DNA of 64,000 nt from Candidatus Saccharimonadota bacterium (GTDB lineage Bacteria > Patescibacteriota > Saccharimonadia > Saccharimonadales > Saccharimonadaceae). The stretch is taken from NCBI GenBank assembly GCA_009786195.1, contig WQTP01000043.1:24503-88502 (forward strand), given 5' to 3'. A program made the position numbers and the translations under genes. Below the pieces are notes generated by a model. It made no database searches and was not told where the DNA came from. It saw nothing but the letters and a program-made list of their open reading frames with translations. Shown here piece after piece: positions 52,898 through 61,371 of this stretch; positions within the stretch are counted from its first letter, which is position 1; each line of letters opens with the position of its first letter.

Positions 52898-54681
52898 TAT
52901 TCTTGACTCTCTTTCCGAGTATCCCAAACTGCAAAAAGTCCGACAAAATCATCACGGGATGAAGTTTTCTCGAGTAAGTTTAGATCGCGTTTCAGACCGT
53001 TCACTGCACCGTTTAAAATTTCCACACGTTCGTTGTCTCCCGAGTCCAACACGGTCGCTAGTTCTGTATTTAAACTCTCGAATTTAGAGCGGAGTTTCAA
53101 CTTTTCCAATTCCAACACGTTCGACAACAGCAAAATTCGTTCTTCTGTATTACCACTAAGTTCCTGCGACGCGATAATTTCCAACTCGGCCATTTTGTCC
53201 GCCATTTCGCTCGTGATTTCCACTTTTTCATCCAACAAATAATATTTTAATTTAGCAAAAGTTTCGGTCAAATACTCATCGCGCAAATTATTTAGGATGC
53301 TGCGCAATCGCGCAACTTTGAGTGTAATCGCAAAAATTTGATTAAGGAAATATTGCTCGTCGCGACGTGAATATTCACGACGTGGAGTTTTGATTTCTCG
53401 TTTGATTTTTGGTAATTTTTTCTCTGTTACGTTTGAATACATTTTTTGTTCAAGGATATGTAAACTGGCACCTGTCAGGTCACTCAGTTGTTTCAAATAA
53501 AATTCAATTTCGACCGGATCGTGCAGACCTCTAATTAGCTTCAAAGCTTGGCTCGTCAACGTCTTTTTACCATCAGCCGTGGTCAAATCTTCGCGCGCAG
53601 CGTATTGATTAATAACCCATTCAACCGCCGGCACATGTTTATCAATTACCGTCCGCCATTTATTGACGCCGAGCTGGATTAATTCGTCCGGATCTTTGGC
53701 CATATCAAATGAAATCACTGAAAGTTTTAATTCCAGCGGTTCAGACAGCACAATCGCCCGCTCGGTTGCCGCTACACCAGCACGATCGCCATCAAAACAT
53801 AATCTAACGTTGCGACTCAAACGACTCAGCGCCCTTAAATGGTCGCGGGTCAATGCCGTCCCGGCACAAGCTACCACGTTTTTTATCCCCGCTTGGTGCG
53901 AACTAATTACATCTAAATTACCTTCTACTAAAACCGTGAAATCTTCCGCCCGAATGGCATTTTTTGCGAAATTTAATCCGAAAACTTGACGACCTTTGTC
54001 ATACAAAATCGTCGCCGGCGTGTTGAGATATTTCGGTTCGCCATCACCGATAATTCGACCCGTAAATCCAACCGTCTGCCCCTGACCATCACGCAGCGGA
54101 ATCATCATACGAGAACGAAACATTTCACCACCCCGACCGCCAATCAAACCAGCTCCGCGAATTTCTGTTTCGGTATATTTCTTTTCAATCAACAACTGTT
54201 TCAGCTGAGATTTTTCTGGTGCATAACCAATCCCCCACTCCATAACAGTTTCACGCGTTAAATGACGTTTGTCCGAAATATATTTCGAAGCTTCTTGGGA
54301 TTTAACCATTTCGCGCTGAAAATAATTTAGCGCGATATTGTTCATTGATAAAATTCGTTCTTTTCGTTTATTGATATCGCGCGGTGCTCGTTCGTCGTAT
54401 TGGGATAAATCGACACCAGCTTTGCGCGCCAGCAGTTCCAGCGCTCCGCGAAAATCCAGACCCTCGACCTCCATGACGAAACTAAACACATCACCACCTT
54501 TATTAGAGGAAAAATCGTGCCAAATATCGCGTTCGGGTGTCACGAAAAACGACGGTGTTTTTTCGTTAGTAAAAGGACTCAGGCCCCGCCAATAACGACC
54601 CGCGCGTTTCAATTGAACATACTCGCCAATCACATCTTCGATGGCCAGTTTCGCCCGCACCTCTTCTTTTGCGTCCTGCAT
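52897..54681 (-). CDS. dnaG: DNA primase with degenerate zinc-binding domain
   Basis: NEKTPSFFV and a TOPRIM region (VLVEGNLDVIS, CFDGDRAG) are present. The canonical CPFH...CFGC ligands read SPFT...DFSS. TATAAT lies 7 nt upstream of the ATG. Confidence 0.88.
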   Translation of the reverse strand: MQDAKEEVRAKLAIEDVIGEYVQLKRAGRYWRGLSPFTNEKTPSFFVTPERDIWHDFSSNKGGDVFSFVMEVEGLDFRGALELLARKAGVDLSQYDERAPRDINKRKERILSMNNIALNYFQREMVKSQEASKYISDKRHLTRETVMEWGIGYAPEKSQLKQLLIEKKYTETEIRGAGLIGGRGGEMFRSRMMIPLRDGQGQTVGFTGRIIGDGEPKYLNTPATILYDKGRQVFGLNFAKNAIRAEDFTVLVEGNLDVISSHQAGIKNVVACAGTALTRDHLRALSRLSRNVRLCFDGDRAGVAATERAIVLSEPLELKLSVISFDMAKDPDELIQLGVNKWRTVIDKHVPAVEWVINQYAAREDLTTADGKKTLTSQALKLIRGLHDPVEIEFYLKQLSDLTGASLHILEQKMYSNVTEKKLPKIKREIKTPRREYSRRDEQYFLNQIFAITLKVARLRSILNNLRDEYLTETFAKLKYYLLDEKVEITSEMADKMAELEIIASQELSGNTEERILLLSNVLELEKLKLRSKFESLNTELATVLDSGDNERVEILNGAVNGLKRDLNLLEKTSSRDDFVGLFAVWDTRKESQE

Positions 54682-54769
54682 ACTATATATTATATAACAT
54701 TTTGGTAACTTTTCTCTGAGTACTCTCTAAAACTATCAAAGATGTGTTGTTTATGGTAAAATTTTGAAT

Positions 54770-55375
54770 ATGAATTCGAATGATCCGAATATTATCTCTG
54801 GTCAGTCCAACACACCAGTCAACCCCGAGTCATATCTCGACGCGATATCCAACTCTCAACCGATAAAAAATCGTTTTTTGTCGGGTAAAATATTAGCCGT
54901 CCTGATTGGTGCGCTAATTATACTAACTCTTATTATTATTGGTGTAATCTCTAACAATATGCGTCAAACTGCTCAAGATAAGGTCGTATCCCTGAACAGT
55001 AAACTCAGCGACCTACAAAGTGTTGTTCGATACGGTCAGTCTAACTTACCCAACAATTCAGAGATTATCAAAGTTGTAGCTGAAACTAATTTGATCATTT
55101 TGTCACGACAGAACGAACTCGCCGAAATTTATACTTTGTCTGATGATACTACTCCGGCTGCTAATGGGGAATCAATTACGGCCGATTTGGATGATGCCAA
55201 GGCTCGTGGAAATCTGGATAGTGTTTATGTCACAGTACTGCGTGATCAGTTGTTGTCTGTTTGTAACCAACTGGAAATTTTGTACGATTCGGCTAAAACT
55301 AATACTCAAAAGATTACTCTGGCCAAAGCTTACGCTGATTTTCAAGAGCTCGCCAATCGTTTACCGACCTCATGA
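54770..55375 (+). CDS. Membrane-anchored hypothetical protein
   Basis: It has one TM helix (ILAVLIGALIILTLIIIGVI) and a coiled-coil-like C-terminal part. The start is set to ATG 54770, 7 nt after TGGTAAAAT (54754-54762). The ORF track TTG is at 54764. Confidence 0.5.
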   Translation: MNSNDPNIISGQSNTPVNPESYLDAISNSQPIKNRFLSGKILAVLIGALIILTLIIIGVISNNMRQTAQDKVVSLNSKLSDLQSVVRYGQSNLPNNSEIIKVVAETNLIILSRQNELAEIYTLSDDTTPAANGESITADLDDAKARGNLDSVYVTVLRDQLLSVCNQLEILYDSAKTNTQKITLAKAYADFQELANRLPTS

Positions 55376-55699
55376 TTATTCATTCACCAGGTTAAAGCTA
55401 TGCCTGATTAAATCTCTGATTTCGTCGTCACTTAGTTGTCCACTAAGGACCAGTGTGTTCCAGTGTTTTTTATTCAAATGATATCCCGGCGAAACTGATT
55501 CGTATTTTTCGCGTAATAGTTCCGACAAATTCGGATCACACTTTAAACTAATCCGCAGCGGTTTCGACCCTTCGGCAATCAACGCAAACATTTTATCATT
55601 CGCCGCTCGATAAACAGCGGTCGTTTCATCAAACGGATAATCCAATCGCGCATTCGGCATCGACAAAATATATTCTTCGACTTCTTTATGATTTTGCAT
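55376..55699 (-). CDS. MmcQ/YjbR family DNA-binding protein
   Basis: It is 107 aa and has ...PGYHLNKKHWNTLVL, typical of the YjbR fold family. Confidence 0.65.
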   Translation of the reverse strand: MQNHKEVEEYILSMPNARLDYPFDETTAVYRAANDKMFALIAEGSKPLRISLKCDPNLSELLREKYESVSPGYHLNKKHWNTLVLSGQLSDDEIRDLIRHSFNLVNE

Positions 55700-56600
55700 A
55701 TTCGATTCCCGCTTTTAGGATTTCTTTGCGTAACCAAGGACGCTCAGCCACCGCGATTCCCTGTTCATTAAATTGTACACCCGTTAACTTTGTCATTATT
55801 TCGGAAATCGATTTATCGTTGGTCACAAACTGACTTTTGCATCCAGAAATGTCAATCAAGTTCAGTAGCCATTTTTCTTTACCCAAGATTTTTAATACAT
55901 CAGTCCGTCGCCGTTGCCAAAAGTCCGCCCCATCCCACACTGCCAACTGAGCGGTATTTATTGGCTCGGCAAACGACGGGATTATTAGCTCCTTGGTGTC
56001 ATTTTTTATCGAGTCCGCCAAATCGCGCTCGATGTCGACCGACACGCCCGAAAAATACCACTCTCTCAAATCACCATCAAAATTCGCCCTGTTCAAGCAA
56101 TCATCATACGCCACCCGATCACGCTCCGTCGTCACGCCGGCCTGGAAATCCAACGTTTGATCCAAAATTGCACAAACTATCAATCGCGCCGAAAGTTCGC
56201 TCATTTGTTCCAACTGGTCAGCGTCGCGCCACTTTTCCCAAATCAACGTGGCCGCCGCGCCAATTGGTTCAATCTGCATTCCATTACCAATTCGCTCGCG
56301 CCAATATTCTTCATAACCAGGATGATGATCGACGATTTCTGTGACATTGTCCGCCCATGATGGAAAATAACTCGGTTCCGAAGCGTCTACTATTATATAA
56401 GTATCGCCGGGTTTTCGTTCGTCTGGATTCGTAATATTAAATGACCATGTCCGCATCTCGCTGGGAATGCTGGCATTAAATGGCGCCCGCGACATAGCCG
56501 TGGCCGGCTCACCGATTTTGTTCAACAATTCGGCATAGGCGACCATCGCCGCCAGCCCGTCAATATCAATATAAACATCTGTAACACAGACGTTTTTCAT
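55686..56600 (-). CDS. DHH-family phosphoesterase (NrnA / family II pyrophosphatase-like)
   Basis: Motif I is YIDIDGLA and the DHH motif is IVDHHPG. The protein is 304 aa. Its substrate cannot be assigned from sequence. Confidence 0.6.
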   Translation of the reverse strand: MKNVCVTDVYIDIDGLAAMVAYAELLNKIGEPATAMSRAPFNASIPSEMRTWSFNITNPDERKPGDTYIIVDASEPSYFPSWADNVTEIVDHHPGYEEYWRERIGNGMQIEPIGAAATLIWEKWRDADQLEQMSELSARLIVCAILDQTLDFQAGVTTERDRVAYDDCLNRANFDGDLREWYFSGVSVDIERDLADSIKNDTKELIIPSFAEPINTAQLAVWDGADFWQRRRTDVLKILGKEKWLLNLIDISGCKSQFVTNDKSISEIMTKLTGVQFNEQGIAVAERPWLRKEILKAGIEYAKS

Positions 56601-57133
56601 CGTTTGACCTTGCCCAAATAGATTTTGAGTTCGGCGATTGAACCTTCGATATCTTCGATTGCTCGATGCGTGTCGGGTTTGACGAATTTGGCGCCAAATT
56701 TGTTTTCAAAAACGATTTTCCACGCTGATACATCCAACATCCGATAATGCAACTTCTTGTCCAATCGCGACCACTCTCGCTCAATAAATTTTCGATCCTG
56801 ATGAATCGAATTCCCCGCCAGATAAATCGGTTCGTCTGTTTTGAAATTCTGTTTCAGGAAATTCAGTATTTCATTTTCGACCGCGCGCGGTGATTTACCA
56901 TTCAACAAACTCTCGGCGGCCAGCGTTTCGCGCACCGCCGAATTTTGTTCCCAGAATTCACCAACCATGCGTCGTCGCATCAACCGCGGACTCACTTTGA
57001 CCGCCGCCGCATAACGCGCCACCTCCACGAAATTCCAATCCGTCGCAATCGCCGCCACCTCAACAATCCGATCCCGAGCCGGATCCAACCCCGTCATCTC
57101 TAAATCAATCCACAAAAGTTGCGCCTTTTTCAT
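56597..57133 (-). CDS. orn: Oligoribonuclease (DEDDh 3'-5' exonuclease)
   Basis: LLWIDLEMTGLDPARDRIVEVA and the C-terminal HRAIEDIEGSIAEL are present. Confidence 0.85.
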   Translation of the reverse strand: MKKAQLLWIDLEMTGLDPARDRIVEVAAIATDWNFVEVARYAAAVKVSPRLMRRRMVGEFWEQNSAVRETLAAESLLNGKSPRAVENEILNFLKQNFKTDEPIYLAGNSIHQDRKFIEREWSRLDKKLHYRMLDVSAWKIVFENKFGAKFVKPDTHRAIEDIEGSIAELKIYLGKVKR

Positions 57134-57152
57134 ATTTCTATTCTAGCACATT

Positions 57153-60041
57153 TCACGAACATCCCGACGTTGAACCGCACAGTTCGCAGATGTGGCAGGA
57201 GCCGGCGGGGCGCATTTTGACGCCGCAGTTCATGCAGATTGGGGCGTCGCTGTCGCTAATATTGTTCAATTCCGCTGTTGAATGTGGTGTGCTAGCACCG
57301 ATTTTAACCTCGACTAGGTCGCCGACTTTTTCTAGTTTTTCTGGTGCATCATCAATTTTCATTTCTAAACTACCCGCACCGTTTTCTTTGCTACCGGATT
57401 CATCACTTAAGTTTTTGTCAGATTCTAGCGGCGCTGGTGTATATTCACCAGTTTCAATAGCTCGTTGACGTTCTTCGGTTGTGTAGATTCCGTAACTAGC
57501 ACGCGTGTCAAATGGTAAGTAATCCAGCGCTAAACGTCGGAAAATATAATCTATCGGACTTTGGGCAAATCGTATATCTGGGTCATTCGTGATACCCGCT
57601 GGATCAAAACGTGTATTGATAAATTTCTTAACATAAGTTTCTAGCGGTACGCCATATTGCAAACTAACTGAAATAGCCGTCGCGAAAGCGTCCATTAATC
57701 CCGCTAACGTTGAACCTTGTTTACTAACACTGACGAAGATTTCGCCCACACCGTTGTTTGGGTACGAGCCAGCGGTTAAGTAACCCTCCGCACCACCTAC
57801 CTCAAATTTATAGATTCGTGCTGGACGAGTTTGGGGTAATTTATGACGCACTGCGTGTCGCTCTTTGATTGAATTTTCTTTGGTTTCTGCCTCGTTTTCG
57901 TCCGTTTTATTTTTCTTTTTGCCATCCGAAAGAGGTTGACCAACTTTACAATTATCTCGATAAATCGCGATCGCTTTGAGCCCCATTTTCCAACCTTCTA
58001 GATAAACCTTTTCAACATCCTTAACAGTAGCTGACTCTGGCATGTTGACTGTTTTACTAATCGCACCACTGAGAAACGGCTGCACCGCCGCCATCATACG
58101 CAGGTGACCCATGGGTTCAATCGCTCGATCACCGACCGCACAATCGAACACGTCGTAATGTTCTAGTTTAAGTTCGGGCGCGCCGACAACATTTCCGTTC
58201 TTGGCGATATAACTAACGATTTTTTTGATTTGATCGTCATCGTAGCCCAAGGTTTCTAATGCTCGCGGGATTGTTTGATTAACGATTTGCATCGATCCAC
58301 CACCAACCAATTTTTTGAATTTAACCAAGGAAAAGTCCGGCTCAATTCCCGTCGTGTCACAATCCATCATAAAACCAATCGTACCTGTCGGTGCGAGTAA
58401 ACTGGCCTGTGAATTGCGCCAACCGTACTCTGCACCTAATTTAATACCATCTTCCCACTCGCGATTAGCCGCAAAGATAATATCTTCAGCGTTGATGTGA
58501 AAATCTTTATCTATAATATCGTCAGTTTTCGCCATCGACGCGGCTGCGTGCTGACGCATCACCGCGGTGTGAGCGGCGACGTTCTTGGCATAACCATCAT
58601 AAGGTCCAACCGTCGCTGCCATTTCCGCACTGCGCCGATAAGCGGCCGCCGTCATCAGGCTGGTAATCGCCGCCGCCACATTTTGCCCTTCTGGACTATC
58701 GTATGGTAAACCAATCGCCATGAGCAACGCGCCAAGATTCGCGTATCCAATACCAAGTTGTCGAAACTTGCGCGTGTTAGTGGTAATTTTCTCGGTTGGA
58801 AAATCGCCAAAAGTAACCGACAAATCCATCGCTGTAAAGATTATCTCAACAGCCGCGATAAATTGATCAACGTTGAATTTACCGTTGTTACCCAAAAACT
58901 TCAACAGATTAATCGACGCTAAATTGCACGAACTGTTATCAATCGACATGTATTCTGAACAAGGATTACTAGCGGTAATTTTGCCATCATTCGGGATAGT
59001 GTGCCAAGCATTAATTGTATTATCATATTGAATACCAGGATCAGCACATGCCCAAGCCGCCTGTGCTAATTTACCAAATAATTCACGTGCATCAACAGTT
59101 TCAATTACACTACCATCGCGACGAGCGCGCAGGCCAAACGGTGCACCGGCCTCAACTGCATGCATAAACTCATCACTCACGCGTACGCTGTTATTAGCGT
59201 TTTGATATTGCACACTATAAGTATCACGACCATCAACATCCATGTCAAAACCAGCATCACGCAGTGCGCGAATCTTATCTTCTTCGCGAACTTTGGTCTC
59301 GATAAAAGCTTCAATGTCGGGATGATCGATATCTAACACCACCATCTTGGCCGCTCGCCTGGTCGCGCCACCACTGGCGATTGTACCCGCCGAAGCATCA
59401 GCACCACGCATGAATGATACTGGACCTGATGCTTTGCCACCTGAACTCAAGCCCTCTTTAGCACCACGAATCCGACTCAAGTTAACGCCAGAGCCCGAAC
59501 CACGTTTGAAAATTTTACCTTCTTCGACGTACCAATTGAGAATCGCATCCATATCATCTTCGACACCCAAAATGAAACAGCCTGAAACTTGTTGCGGCGC
59601 ATCAGTACCAACATTAAACCAAACTGGCGAATTAAAACTAAACATCTGATGCAGTAACATCCACTTTAGTTCTTTTTGAAAAATCTCTGCGTCTCTCGCG
59701 GTGGCAAAATAATTGTCCTTTTTACCCTGGGCGACATACTTATTAGCAACTCTATCAATCAATTGTTTAAGGGAGTTCTCGCGATCATTAGTTCCTAATT
59801 TACCACGAAAATATTTACTGGTTACAATTTGGGTAGCATTCAACGACCAAAAATCCGGAAATTCAACACCTTTTTGTTCAAAAGAAACGCTGCCGTCGCG
59901 CCAATTGGTCATTACAACATCGCGTTTTTCCCATTTTACTTCGTCGTACGGATCAACGTTTGGTTTAGAAAAAACATAATCAAACTGTAATTTTTTCTCA
60001 CCAGTTCGCTGCGCACCTAACGATCTACCCCTCTGAGCCAT
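57153..60041 (-). CDS. nrdJ: Class II (adenosylcobalamin-dependent) ribonucleotide reductase
   Basis: It is 962 aa with the active-site context ASNPCSEYMS and a C-terminal Cys-rich tail, CMNCGVKMRPAGSCHICELCGSTSGCS. The SD AAGGGGGT lies upstream. Confidence 0.88.
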   Translation of the reverse strand: MAQRGRSLGAQRTGEKKLQFDYVFSKPNVDPYDEVKWEKRDVVMTNWRDGSVSFEQKGVEFPDFWSLNATQIVTSKYFRGKLGTNDRENSLKQLIDRVANKYVAQGKKDNYFATARDAEIFQKELKWMLLHQMFSFNSPVWFNVGTDAPQQVSGCFILGVEDDMDAILNWYVEEGKIFKRGSGSGVNLSRIRGAKEGLSSGGKASGPVSFMRGADASAGTIASGGATRRAAKMVVLDIDHPDIEAFIETKVREEDKIRALRDAGFDMDVDGRDTYSVQYQNANNSVRVSDEFMHAVEAGAPFGLRARRDGSVIETVDARELFGKLAQAAWACADPGIQYDNTINAWHTIPNDGKITASNPCSEYMSIDNSSCNLASINLLKFLGNNGKFNVDQFIAAVEIIFTAMDLSVTFGDFPTEKITTNTRKFRQLGIGYANLGALLMAIGLPYDSPEGQNVAAAITSLMTAAAYRRSAEMAATVGPYDGYAKNVAAHTAVMRQHAAASMAKTDDIIDKDFHINAEDIIFAANREWEDGIKLGAEYGWRNSQASLLAPTGTIGFMMDCDTTGIEPDFSLVKFKKLVGGGSMQIVNQTIPRALETLGYDDDQIKKIVSYIAKNGNVVGAPELKLEHYDVFDCAVGDRAIEPMGHLRMMAAVQPFLSGAISKTVNMPESATVKDVEKVYLEGWKMGLKAIAIYRDNCKVGQPLSDGKKKNKTDENEAETKENSIKERHAVRHKLPQTRPARIYKFEVGGAEGYLTAGSYPNNGVGEIFVSVSKQGSTLAGLMDAFATAISVSLQYGVPLETYVKKFINTRFDPAGITNDPDIRFAQSPIDYIFRRLALDYLPFDTRASYGIYTTEERQRAIETGEYTPAPLESDKNLSDESGSKENGAGSLEMKIDDAPEKLEKVGDLVEVKIGASTPHSTAELNNISDSDAPICMNCGVKMRPAGSCHICELCGSTSGCS

Positions 60042-60085
60042 GATTACCCCCTTGAACTCTTATTATTTATTTCAGTGCTGCCCAA

Positions 60086-60101
60086 ACACTATATCTATTG
60101 T
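60086..60101. promoter_or_regulatory. NrdR box A (ACACTATATCTATTGT)
   Basis: It matches the palindromic NrdR consensus acaCwAtATaTwGtgt at 14 of 16 positions. It overlaps the minus-strand extended -10 TGCTACAAT (60097-60105). Confidence 0.6.
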
Positions 60102-60118
60102 AGCACGTTCAAAAAACA

Positions 60119-60134
60119 ACGCTATATGTAGTTT
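60119..60134. promoter_or_regulatory. NrdR box B (ACGCTATATGTAGTTT)
   Basis: It matches the consensus at 13 of 16 positions and lies 33 bp from box A, the tandem arrangement typical of NrdR operators. Confidence 0.5.
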
Positions 60135-60151
60135 TTACTACATTTACAACT

Positions 60152-60415
60152 TTACGCCGCTAATTCCGGTGCAATTTGAGCCAGCGCGAGTGGCGGATTA
60201 ACTACCGCTAAATAAGCCGTCGCTAGCGTACCTACCGCAAAAATCGTCTCGTTCTTGGCTGTGGCTGCAAAAGATTCATCCTCTAACTCCGCCATGAAAA
60301 TCCCCAACTGCGCCAGATTTCGCTGTCTTGCTTCTGCTTCTGCTTTTTCTCTTAAAAACGCCTCGTGCGAGGTTGGTGTCTCGTCAGTTCTCACCAGATA
60401 TTCCGGTTGTATCAT
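60152..60415 (-). CDS. Hypothetical 87-aa protein
   Basis: The ORF has the SD GTGAGGTAAG and a near-consensus promoter upstream. I recognise no motif. Confidence 0.5.
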   Translation of the reverse strand: MIQPEYLVRTDETPTSHEAFLREKAEAEARQRNLAQLGIFMAELEDESFAATAKNETIFAVGTLATAYLAVVNPPLALAQIAPELAA

Positions 60416-60439
60416 GACTTACCTCACTTTACAACTATG

Positions 60440-60467
60440 ATTATATCAAATATTTCAATTTTGTCAA
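60440..60467 (-). promoter_or_regulatory. Near-consensus promoter: TTGACA - 16 nt - TATAAT
   Basis: On the minus strand, TTGACA is at 60467-60462 and TATAAT at 60445-60440. Confidence 0.65.
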
Positions 60468-60504
60468 GTTTCAGTTACAATACCAACGATACATACTCAC
60501 ATAG

Positions 60505-61284
60505 TTAGGTTCGACTCAAAAACTCTGGGGTTAGGCAGTATAACATAGTAGTAAGGTAATGACCGAAAGTAGTAGTTCTAACTCTTGGCTCTACGCCAGC
60601 TCTCTTTAGGTCGTCGATGTATTGTTGTTGATAAACCGTTGGAATTACCTCATCATTGGCCGATTGAACAACACTAACCGTTTTTCCGCGCAAATCGTTA
60701 GCGTACTCGCTCGGCGCTAGATTTTTCCAGGCGATAGTCACGTCCTCCGCTGTGATGCCCTGCTGTTCGAAATCATCGCGAATATGACTAGTGCGAATAC
60801 CATTCCACATGCTGTTCGCTAAACTATCGGCAGTCAACACTAACTGAGCACTATCAAAATCAGGGAATTCGCGAGCTACCATCGCCAGCGCCACATTACC
60901 CAATGAAAGACCGATGAAAGATATCTTTTCATATTCATCACGGATCTTGAATAAGTGATGGGCGATCTTGTTTTTTATATTTTCAAATGAATCAATGGTA
61001 GTTTGTAGGTTGTTAGATAGAATATCGTCATGAAATGTGAGAGCTAAAACAGCTCGCCCCCCCCCTGCAATACGTCTCGCTAGAGCATTAGGAAAAACAG
61101 ATCCGCCATGCCAAGGTCCGAACACAACAGCCAGGTCAGTCGCATCACCATTGATTAGCTGCTGTCGAACGATAGCTTGTTCTGGCGAATATGAAGGGTC
61201 AAGTCCTCTACTCTCACCTGAGGCCCGCCTGGCCATTATCCTGTCTAGCATGCCAGAATTATACACTATATCTTGGTTTGGCAC
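60505..61284 (-). CDS. Alpha/beta-fold hydrolase
   Basis: The nucleophile elbow is GLSLGN (GxSxG). A G9 tract at 61057-61065 is in frame (AGGGR). Confidence 0.6.
   Translation of the reverse strand: MPNQDIVYNSGMLDRIMARRASGESRGLDPSYSPEQAIVRQQLINGDATDLAVVFGPWHGGSVFPNALARRIAGGGRAVLALTFHDDILSNNLQTTIDSFENIKNKIAHHLFKIRDEYEKISFIGLSLGNVALAMVAREFPDFDSAQLVLTADSLANSMWNGIRTSHIRDDFEQQGITAEDVTIAWKNLAPSEYANDLRGKTVSVVQSANDEVIPTVYQQQYIDDLKRAGVEPRVRTTTFGHYLTTMLYCLTPEFLSRT
61057..61065 (-). repeat. Homopolymer C9 (G9 on coding strand)
   Basis: Counted directly: 4 c (61057-61060) + 5 c (61061-61065). Confidence 0.95.
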
Positions 61285-61371
61285 ACATAACCAAATGGGG
61301 ACTATCCAATAACACTATGATCACTATGTTAATATGATATTAGTTTAATAATCAACGAGGGGAATAATTAG

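Noticed and set aside
54679-54700. dif-like AT-rich sequence (ACTATATATTATATAACAT) near dnaG
   Set aside because: It matches the Bacillus-type dif at only about 14 of 20 positions, in a purely AT-rich stretch. It coincides with the dnaG -10/leaderless start, and chance similarity is likely.
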